Part shown: positions 56,666 to 64,000 of the stretch, piece after piece
Position numbering within the stretch: position 1 is the first letter of the stretch
Layout: each line of letters starts with the position of its first letter
From: Myxococcota bacterium
GTDB lineage: Bacteria > Myxococcota_A > UBA9160 > JAFDDA01
Reading direction: 5' to 3'
DNA length: 64,000 bases
Assembly: GCA_965228475.1 (NCBI GenBank)
Contig: OZ245817.1
Span: 3,360,001-3,424,000, forward strand
The notes under the pieces: generated by a model
Told to the model about the DNA's origin: nothing
Seen by the model: the letters and a program-made list of their open reading frames with translations, nothing else
Database searches by the model: none
Position numbers and translations under genes: made by a program

Positions 56666-59600
56666 CTAGAACGTGTACCGGAAGGTCACGAACAGCTCCT
56701 CGCGATCGGAAACCGGCGTCAGGCCGTTGAAGCGCGTCCGTGTTTCATAGTCGTTGCCCGCGGTGGACGAGAGTGCAAGGGGCACCCGTGCCTGCCTCGC
56801 CGAGCGCGGCTCGCCTCGGAAGGTCGTCAGGCCCGTCGAGACCGAGAAGTTCTCCGTCATGCGGTAGGTGTAGTTCACGATCAGCCCGCTCGAGTTCGAC
56901 TCGATCTCGTGGATCAGGGTGAAGCTCGAGATCAGTCGATCCTGCCAGAACCCCGTGAAGGCGGTCAGCGTCATCAGGGCCGAGAAGGGGCCGTCCGGGG
57001 TGAGCGCCTTGTCCGTGTAGCCATCGATCCAGCGCACGAAGAACTGGGCGTTGAAGAAGATCGTCCGGTTGGCATTGAGGAAGTTGATGAAGGTCGGGCG
57101 GTCGACGGACACGGTGAGGTTCAGCGTGTCGTTGCGCGACCAGCCGTCTTTTTCATGGGTGTTCGAGTAGGGCTCGTCCTCGAACCAGACGAACTCGATG
57201 CCCCAGTTGGTCTTGGTGCGGTCCTCCGCGAAGTCCATCGAGAAGCCGAGTACGTTGCGGCGCTTGTAGAGGAGCCTCGCCTCTCCTCCCCCGTGCCACA
57301 GGAAGTCGCGCCGGCCGAAGCGGCCGTTGCCACCCGCCGAGATGTCCGGGCGTCGTGCCCCGGCCACCGAAAAGAGCGCGGTGATCAGCGTGCAGCTCAG
57401 GAGACCCTGTTCACTGACTGCGCTGCAGTTTTCGTTGTCCGGCAGGAGCCCGGAAAGCGTCGAGAGCAGGATCATGAGGTTGTAGGAGGTCGTCTGGACT
57501 TCGCTCTGGAAGAACTGGCCGGTGCGCGGGTCGATCTGGTTCGCGGCGCCGTTGCACTGGGCGCCGAGGCCCGGGCTCTGCTGGTTGAGCGCAGCCGCGA
57601 CGGCAGGAAGGTTCACGCTCAGATCGGTCACGCAGCCGTCGATGAGGGGGTTGTAGCGGAAGCCAACGGGGTCGGTGAAGAAGGAGAACGGGCTTCGCGC
57701 CCCGGGCAACTGCACCTGCCCGACCCCTGCGATGAAGCGAGTACCGATCGGGCCGTCGAACTGCGGGAAGGCCGAGAGGATGACCGAAGCCTCGGCGGAG
57801 TAGAGGTCGACCCCACCGAACTCGAGAACGCCGTCGCCGTCGAGGTCGTAGCCCGCTCCGCAGATGTCCGTCCCGGCGGGCGCGTTCGGGTGGAAGAACC
57901 GGCCCGTGCCGAACAGGGCTTCCTGCTGATCCGTGAGGAGGCTCCCGCACGTATCCGCGAACCCGAGATCGGCGCCATCGCTCAAGGGATTCTGATGGAG
58001 GGCGACGGCGGGCACGAAGGTCGCGCCGAGCTGCGCCGCGAGCAGTCCTCCGATGCCTGTCCAGGCCACGTCGCCACCGAGCGCGAGCCCGAGCACCGAG
58101 CGGATGGCGATGTTCACGGGCACGGTGAGCGAATCGACCGTGTTGAACAGGTCGAGCGCGCAGTCGCTCTGGAGGACCGGGGCACCTCCGCCGGCCAGCG
58201 TCACGCCCGCGTTGGCCGCGAGCCCGCTGCTGGCGGAGCACAGTACGTCGAAGAATTGCCGATTGCCCGAGGTATGAGTGCCTGCGTTGGCCGGCGACAG
58301 GCAGGTCTCCTCGAACCCGGTGATGCAGGTCCCGAGCCCCGTCGCGCCGGCGATGCGCGGGCGCCCGGTGACCGGATCCGCGTTCCGGTCGTATTCGTTG
58401 AAGATGTCGATGACCGGGACGTCCGGGAAGCCGTAGAAGTTCGTGATGGCGAAGCTGAAGCGGCCGTAGCGGAACTCGAGCCGCAGGCCGGCCTCGAGGC
58501 CGCGCGTGCTGTTCCACGGGTCCTGGGGCCGCTCCTCGCCCGCGAGCCCGACGCCGGTCAGGCCGTGGCCGTAGGCTCCGAACTTCTTCAGGCACACCAG
58601 CCAGACCGTGTAGGGCTCGCCGCAGATGCCGAGGTCCGTCGGCTCGAAGTGGTCGAGGTTCGTTGCCAACTCGAGGCGCACGTCCTCGAAGGGGCCGACG
58701 TTCCAGAAGGACCAGATCGCGCGCAGGGACCACAGCGCAATCCGCGAAGACTCGAGACTCGAGAGGGTCGCCAGGGCGATGTCCTGGGGGTTGAACTGGT
58801 CCTGGGCCCGGAAGAGCTCCGTCTTGCCCCAGACCGTCGTCTGGCGCCCGACGCGCAGGAAGAGCTGGCCGTCGAGGAACTCGATGTCGAGGTAGGCCTC
58901 GCGAAGCTCCTTGACCTGCTGCTGGCTCGCACCCCGGTTCCACTGGAGTTCGTTCTCGCTGAAGTTCACGTCGAGATCGTCGAGGTCGTCGATGATCTCG
59001 CGGAGGCGAGGCGAAGGCGAGAACAGCGAGCCCTGGGCCGGTCGCAGCGGGAGGGGGATCGGGATCGTGGCCGGGCCGGCGAGCGTCGTCACCGCGGTCG
59101 GCACGTTTCGCAGCGCCCCGTTGGCCTTCACGTCCTCGGGTGTCCACGGCCCCAACGGAGCGGTGAGCGGCCCCACGGACCCCTGGATGTGTTTGACGGC
59201 GAACTTGAAGTCCGAGACCGGTCCGAGGGTACGCGCCAGAGCCAGCTCGGTCGCGGCACCGCCGATGCCGAGAATCGTGTCGAGCGGCGGGATCTCCGCG
59301 ACCCCGACCAACCGCGCCCCCGACCCGTGCACCCGTCGCGATGGGCTCGACGGGTTGCGGAACCGTCCGGTGAAACCGCTCGACCGGCCGTTCGTGAACT
59401 GGGACGGCGCCCGGTTCGCCTCGTTGCCCCAGAGGCGCTGTCCGGTGGCGATGTGGCACATGGACTGCCAGACGCAGTCGTAGCGCCCCTCGACGCGGAT
59501 GAAGCCCTGGAGGAGCGAGATCGGGCCCCAGCCGTCGGGCAGGAGGTCGAACTCCGCCTCGAGGCTCAGCGTGTGGGCCCATTGGTGCGGGTTGAAGTTG

Positions 59601-59803
59601 GTGAGCTCGAAGCTGTCCGCGATGCCGCGGAACTCCATCTGGTAGGCGCCGTGCAGCTCGACGAAGCCGTTACCGAACTCGATCGCGCGGCCGGGAGAGG
59701 AAACCAGGATCGCTGCCGCCATGGACAGCGTGAGCGAAATCAGAAAGCCGGGCTTGCGACTCTTCTTCGACGTCGAGCGCACCACACCATCCGGACGGGT
59801 CAT
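56666..59803 (-). CDS. Giant DUF1302-like outer-membrane beta-barrel protein (third copy in gene order)
   Basis: Signal peptide; ELREAYLD, RVGRQTTVWGKTE, SVDRPTFINFLN; C-terminal FRYTF beta-signal. Confidence 0.72.
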   Translation of the reverse strand: MTRPDGVVRSTSKKSRKPGFLISLTLSMAAAILVSSPGRAIEFGNGFVELHGAYQMEFRGIADSFELTNFNPHQWAHTLSLEAEFDLLPDGWGPISLLQGFIRVEGRYDCVWQSMCHIATGQRLWGNEANRAPSQFTNGRSSGFTGRFRNPSSPSRRVHGSGARLVGVAEIPPLDTILGIGGAATELALARTLGPVSDFKFAVKHIQGSVGPLTAPLGPWTPEDVKANGALRNVPTAVTTLAGPATIPIPLPLRPAQGSLFSPSPRLREIIDDLDDLDVNFSENELQWNRGASQQQVKELREAYLDIEFLDGQLFLRVGRQTTVWGKTELFRAQDQFNPQDIALATLSSLESSRIALWSLRAIWSFWNVGPFEDVRLELATNLDHFEPTDLGICGEPYTVWLVCLKKFGAYGHGLTGVGLAGEERPQDPWNSTRGLEAGLRLEFRYGRFSFAITNFYGFPDVPVIDIFNEYDRNADPVTGRPRIAGATGLGTCITGFEETCLSPANAGTHTSGNRQFFDVLCSASSGLAANAGVTLAGGGAPVLQSDCALDLFNTVDSLTVPVNIAIRSVLGLALGGDVAWTGIGGLLAAQLGATFVPAVALHQNPLSDGADLGFADTCGSLLTDQQEALFGTGRFFHPNAPAGTDICGAGYDLDGDGVLEFGGVDLYSAEASVILSAFPQFDGPIGTRFIAGVGQVQLPGARSPFSFFTDPVGFRYNPLIDGCVTDLSVNLPAVAAALNQQSPGLGAQCNGAANQIDPRTGQFFQSEVQTTSYNLMILLSTLSGLLPDNENCSAVSEQGLLSCTLITALFSVAGARRPDISAGGNGRFGRRDFLWHGGGEARLLYKRRNVLGFSMDFAEDRTKTNWGIEFVWFEDEPYSNTHEKDGWSRNDTLNLTVSVDRPTFINFLNANRTIFFNAQFFVRWIDGYTDKALTPDGPFSALMTLTAFTGFWQDRLISSFTLIHEIESNSSGLIVNYTYRMTENFSVSTGLTTFRGEPRSARQARVPLALSSTAGNDYETRTRFNGLTPVSDREELFVTFRYTF

Positions 59804-59979
59804 TTCACCCTCCTCCTGCTCGACCCCTCGCATGTGCTGCGGAATCCGGCCCGAACCGCCGGCAGCCACCGCACCTTCCCCCAGCGATCGGGCTCCGCGC
59901 ATTATGAACCGCGAAAGCGGAGGGCCTCAAGGATTTTCGCCCTCGAGGCCCTCGGAAGAATCGCGCACGCTCCTCGGAG

Positions 59980-62900
59980 CTAGAACGTCTTGCGCAGGGT
60001 GAAGAAGAGTTCGTCGCGTTCGGTCAACGGCGAGACACCCTGGTAGTTGCTGCGCTGCGTCGCGTCGCAGCACGTGAAGCGCGTGAGCGGGCTCCGCTCG
60101 AGGACGCGCGAGCGGCGCGGCGAGCCGTAGAAGGTCGAGAGGCCGACCGTCGCCGAGAAGGATTCCGAGAAGCGGTAGGAGACCGTGAAGATCTGCCCGC
60201 CCGAGTTCGACTCGACCTCGTGGATGAGCGTGAGGAAGGCGTTCAGGCGGTCCTGCCAGAACCCCGTGAAGGCCGTGAAGGTCGCCAGCGCCGCCACCGG
60301 GCCGTCGACCTCGAAGGTATCCCGGCGCTCGTAGTTCGGGATGTAGCGGAGGAAGAGCTGCGCGTTGAAGAAGATCGTGCGGTTCGCGTTCAGGAAGTTG
60401 ATGAACGTCGGGCGATCGACCGAGATCGTGAGGTTCAGCGTGTCTTCCCGCGAGAAGCCGCGGTCGGCCCGCTGGTTGATGTAGGGCGCGTCCTCGATCC
60501 AGGTGAAGTCCATGCCCCAGGCGGTCTTGCTCCAATCCTCGGTGAAGTCCACGGAGACGCCCAGCACGTTCCGTCGCTCGTAGAAGAGCTGGATCTCCGA
60601 GCCGGCGAGCCAGGTCATGTCGCGCCGGCCATAGCGGCCGTTGCCCCCCGCCCGGAACTCCGGCCGTTGGACGGCGCTCGTCTCGAACAGGCCGTTCAGG
60701 AACTCGCAACGCGTCGGGGCTGCAACGCTGCAGCCCGAGTCCGGATCGATCAGGCCGGAGATGCCGGCGAGCAGGCGAACGAGGTTCTCCGAGACGATCG
60801 CCATTTCGGTCGGGAAGAGCGTCCGGATCTGCTCGACCGTGTAGCTCGGTCCGGCGTTGTCGAAGTTGATGCGATTTCCCGGGTTTGCGCCGTCCGGAAT
60901 GGGAACCAGGTACCCGACGCCGGCGCCGTCGGCCGGATCGTCGTCACACTGGTCGGCATTCGCAGCACTGATGCCGCGGCTGATCAGATCCGCCCGGACC
61001 TGAGCCCCATAGGCACCGAGGTTCGTCAACCCGACGACGCAGCCGTCGACCGTCGGATCCCAGCGGTACCCGACCGGATCAGAGAAATAGGTGAAGACGC
61101 TGCGCGCTCCGGGAAGCTGGATGGTTCCCACGCCGGGGATGAAGCGCGTGGCGATCGCACCGTTGAGCGGGATGCCGCCGTGCTCCGATTGTGGGAAGGC
61201 TTGGTAGAGGACACTCGCCTCCAGGTTGAACAGGTCGATCCCATCGACGTTGCAGTCGGTCTGATAGAACGGGCCGCATCCGAGCAGCGCCTGCTGCTCC
61301 GGGCTGAGGAAGCCGGTGAAGGAGGTCGCGCCGGTCTGGACCGCGTCGTTTCGGCCCGGGTGCAACGGAATCGTGGCCGTCGAGGGGTCACCCCCGCCGA
61401 AGGTCTTCCCGAGGATGTTGCAGAAGACGAGACAGGCGGCGCTGCCGTTGAAGAAGTCTCCGTCCGCCAGGGTCTGGCCGAGCACGGCCGGCACGTTCCC
61501 GAGGCCCGGGATCGGGTCCGGGTTGTTGAAGATCGAGATGACGCACGACGTGATGGGAAGCAGGTTCCCGAGGTTGCCCGGGATCACGAGATTCTGGGTG
61601 GCCGAGCACGTCGTATCGTAGAGCTGCCGATTGCCGGAGTGATACGCGAGCGCGTTGCCGACGTTCAGGCAGGCCGGTTCGTTGCCAGTTACGCAGGCCC
61701 CGGTGGCGCCCGAGATCCGCGGACGCCCGGTGTTCGGGTCGACGTTGCGGTCGTATTCGTGGAAGTAGTCAGGCGTCGGGAAGTCGTCGTAGCCGTAGAA
61801 ATCGGTGATGGCGATGGAGAAGCGGCCGATGCGGAACTCGACGCGGGCGCCGAACTCGAAGCCGGTGCCGCTCTCGTAGAAGGCCGGCGGCCGCAGCTCG
61901 CCGGCGATGCCGAGGCCCGAGAAGCCGTGGGCGAACAGGCCGTACTGCTTCTGGCACACGAGGAACACGGCGTAGGGCTCGCCGCAGTCGCCGATGTCCG
62001 CCGGCTCGAAGTTGTCGAGGTTCACCGCCAGCTCGAGGCGGAGATCCTGGAACGGCCCGACGTCGTAGAACGAATAGACCGCCCGGGCCTGCCAGAGCGC
62101 GATCAGGGACTCCTCGAAGCTCGGGAGATTCGAGACCGCCACGTCCTGGGGATTCAGCTGGTCCGGCGTTCCGCTTCGGAAGAGCTCCGTCTTGCCCCAA
62201 CGCGTGATCTGCTTCCCGAGCCGGAGCTGAAGGCGCCCTTCGGCCATCACGATGTCGAGATAGGCCTCCTTGAGTTCCTTCGTCTGCTGCTGGCTCGCCC
62301 CCCGGTTCCAGGCGAGCTCGTTCTCGGTGAAGTTGACGTCGGGGTTGTCGTAGTCGTCGATGAAGCGGGTCAAGCCGGCCGAGGGAATGAAGAGCGAGGG
62401 GGTCGCGGGGCGGAAGGGCAGCGCCTTCTGGTCGGGCACGGGAACGCCAGCCAGAGAGCCCGTCGAGTCGATGTGGGTCCCGGGGTCGATCGGGCCGAGC
62501 ACCGAGACCAGCGGATGGAGCGAGCCCTTCACGTGCTTGCTCGTGAACTTCGCCTCGAGCAGCTCGTCACCGAAGGTCCGCTGGATGTCTTCCGGCGAAC
62601 CGAGCGTGAGCAGCGTGCTGAAGGGGTCGAAGTCCGCGAAGGAGGCGAGGCGGCTCGAAGGCTGCTCGCGCACGATCGGGTTGAGCGGGTTCGGGAGAAC
62701 GCCCGTCACGCCCCGCGTGCGGCCGTTCGAAATGTTCTCCGGCGCCCGCCTCGCGTCGTCGCCGAAGTAGTTCCACTGGCGCGCCATGTGGCAGGCGTGC
62801 TCGAACACGCAGTCGTACTGGACGTCGACGCGCGCGAAGGCCTCCACGATGTCGAAGGGCCCGATGCCGTCGGGGAAGAGCTCCGCCTCGAACTCGAGGG

Positions 62901-63093
62901 AGAGCTTCGTGGCCATCTTGCTCAGGAACCAGTTGTGGTCCCGGACCCGATAGCCGTCCCCGATCACGCGGATCTCTTCCGAGAGCGATCCGTGGAGCTG
63001 GAGCCGGCCGTTGAAGGCCTCGAGCGCCGGTGCGACCCCGGGCGTGGCGGCCAGCAGCGCTGCCGCCACGAGCAACGGTCGAACGAGACGCAT
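59980..63093 (-). CDS. Giant DUF1302-like outer-membrane beta-barrel protein (second copy)
   Basis: GGAGG SD, signal peptide ending APA; ELKEAYLD, RLGKQITRWGKTE, SVDRPTFINFLN; ends LRKTF. Confidence 0.72.
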   Translation of the reverse strand: MRLVRPLLVAAALLAATPGVAPALEAFNGRLQLHGSLSEEIRVIGDGYRVRDHNWFLSKMATKLSLEFEAELFPDGIGPFDIVEAFARVDVQYDCVFEHACHMARQWNYFGDDARRAPENISNGRTRGVTGVLPNPLNPIVREQPSSRLASFADFDPFSTLLTLGSPEDIQRTFGDELLEAKFTSKHVKGSLHPLVSVLGPIDPGTHIDSTGSLAGVPVPDQKALPFRPATPSLFIPSAGLTRFIDDYDNPDVNFTENELAWNRGASQQQTKELKEAYLDIVMAEGRLQLRLGKQITRWGKTELFRSGTPDQLNPQDVAVSNLPSFEESLIALWQARAVYSFYDVGPFQDLRLELAVNLDNFEPADIGDCGEPYAVFLVCQKQYGLFAHGFSGLGIAGELRPPAFYESGTGFEFGARVEFRIGRFSIAITDFYGYDDFPTPDYFHEYDRNVDPNTGRPRISGATGACVTGNEPACLNVGNALAYHSGNRQLYDTTCSATQNLVIPGNLGNLLPITSCVISIFNNPDPIPGLGNVPAVLGQTLADGDFFNGSAACLVFCNILGKTFGGGDPSTATIPLHPGRNDAVQTGATSFTGFLSPEQQALLGCGPFYQTDCNVDGIDLFNLEASVLYQAFPQSEHGGIPLNGAIATRFIPGVGTIQLPGARSVFTYFSDPVGYRWDPTVDGCVVGLTNLGAYGAQVRADLISRGISAANADQCDDDPADGAGVGYLVPIPDGANPGNRINFDNAGPSYTVEQIRTLFPTEMAIVSENLVRLLAGISGLIDPDSGCSVAAPTRCEFLNGLFETSAVQRPEFRAGGNGRYGRRDMTWLAGSEIQLFYERRNVLGVSVDFTEDWSKTAWGMDFTWIEDAPYINQRADRGFSREDTLNLTISVDRPTFINFLNANRTIFFNAQLFLRYIPNYERRDTFEVDGPVAALATFTAFTGFWQDRLNAFLTLIHEVESNSGGQIFTVSYRFSESFSATVGLSTFYGSPRRSRVLERSPLTRFTCCDATQRSNYQGVSPLTERDELFFTLRKTF

Positions 63094-63184
63094 GCGCATC
63101 CTCCGCGCCGTGGTCAGGAGCTCCGGAACCCGGTCCAGCCTCGGTCGGCGCGATGGCTGGGCGGAGCAGCGATCGATCGAACTC

Positions 63185-64000
63185 CTAGAACGTCTTGCGC
63201 AGTCGGACGAAGGCTTCGTCACGGTCGCGGACCACGCCGAGCCCGCGCTCGCTGAAGTCCCGGTAGGCGCCGCTTCCCGTGTTGTTGCCCAGGCTGATCG
63301 GATTGATGGGCATGCGGGTCGACTGCCACTTCCCGTAGAAGAGCGCCATGCCGAACTCCACCGAGAAGCTCTCGCTGAAGCGGTAGCTGATGCTCGGCAG
63401 GATGCCGCCGGACTCCGACATGAAGTCGTAGATCACGGTGAGGCTCGGGTTGAGGCGGTCCTGATAGAAGCCCGAGAAGACCGTCAGCGTGGCCAGCACG
63501 TTGAACGGGCCGTTGCGCGGCATCGACTGCTCGAAGCCCTCGGTGTACTGGAAGAACCACTGGGAGTTGATGAAGAACGTCCGGTTCTGGTTCAGGAAGT
63601 TGATGAAGGTCGGCCGGTCGACCGAGACCGTCATGTTGAAGAAGTCCACTTCCTTCACGCCGTCGAGAGCGTCGTTGTCCGCGACGATGACGTTGTGGAA
63701 CCAGGTCGACTCCACCGACCAGTTGGTCTTCGTGATGTCCTCGGCGAAGTCCATCGAGAAGCCGAGCACGTTGCGCTTCTGGTGCTTCAGCCGGTTCGAC
63801 GTGCCGCCGTGCCACACGAAGTCCGAGCGGCCGAAGCGGCTGTTGCCGCCGGCCAGCGCCGAGTTCCGGCGCTGCCCGATGATCGAGAGGAACGCCGATA
63901 CGTTCGAGCAGAACTGCGGCGCGGCCCAGGAGCAGCGGTCGGCCGCCAGCGGCGCGCGCGGGTTGAACTCGGTGACGTCGAACTCGTCGGGGTTCAGGAC
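63185..64000 (-). CDS. DUF1302-like outer-membrane protein, C-terminal part (5'-partial)
   Basis: Frame open to the window end; AGGNSRFGRSDF, RNVLGFSMDFAED, SVDRPTFINFLN; ends LRKTF. Confidence 0.72.
   Translation of the reverse strand, partial: VLNPDEFDVTEFNPRAPLAADRCSWAAPQFCSNVSAFLSIIGQRRNSALAGGNSRFGRSDFVWHGGTSNRLKHQKRNVLGFSMDFAEDITKTNWSVESTWFHNVIVADNDALDGVKEVDFFNMTVSVDRPTFINFLNQNRTFFINSQWFFQYTEGFEQSMPRNGPFNVLATLTVFSGFYQDRLNPSLTVIYDFMSESGGILPSISYRFSESFSVEFGMALFYGKWQSTRMPINPISLGNNTGSGAYRDFSERGLGVVRDRDEAFVRLRKTF

Noticed and set aside
56666..64000. Repeated nucleotide blocks as CRISPR or DGR template/variable repeats
   Set aside because: They are conserved coding motifs of paralogues differing mainly at synonymous sites; no reverse transcriptase, adenine-specific pattern or regular spacers.

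Overview
Very GC-rich bacterial chromosomal segment, most consistent with Myxococcota/deltaproteobacteria (recR-mglB-mglA synteny). It is mostly core and metabolic genes: SRP RNA-dnaX-ybaB-recR, mglBA, priA-def-fmt-rsmB-rpe, tRNA-Pro(CGG), tRNA-Asn(GTT), greA, trkA, PPi-dependent PFK, kdsB, purU and a six-gene alternative complex III operon (actABCDEF). Lipid/hydrophobic-substrate functions are also present: an MMPL transporter with a LolA-like partner, a carotenoid oxygenase under a TetR, an acyl-CoA synthetase, a FadE24/FadE23-like pair, and a DUF1329-like gene facing at least three tandem DUF1302-like outer-membrane barrel genes (the two complete ones about 1040 aa). No transposase, integrase, phage or CRISPR array was seen. 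The most notable observations are (1) a repeated leaderless-mRNA signature (TANNNT 5-9 nt before the start codon) at about a dozen genes, (2) fmt lacking any usable ATG/GTG/TTG start, (3) an unannotated structured minus-strand RNA at about 37390-37710 carrying a strong SD, a 14-codon ORF, alternative hairpins and a terminator, (4) the tandem giant barrel array with variable Cys-rich inserts, (5) a GraL-like terminator in the greA leader, (6) a thiolase relic and (7) a metal-less MBL-fold protein. All family assignments come from motif recognition by eye, not from database searches. Most long ORFs in the supplied track are antisense or off-frame shadows caused by high GC.
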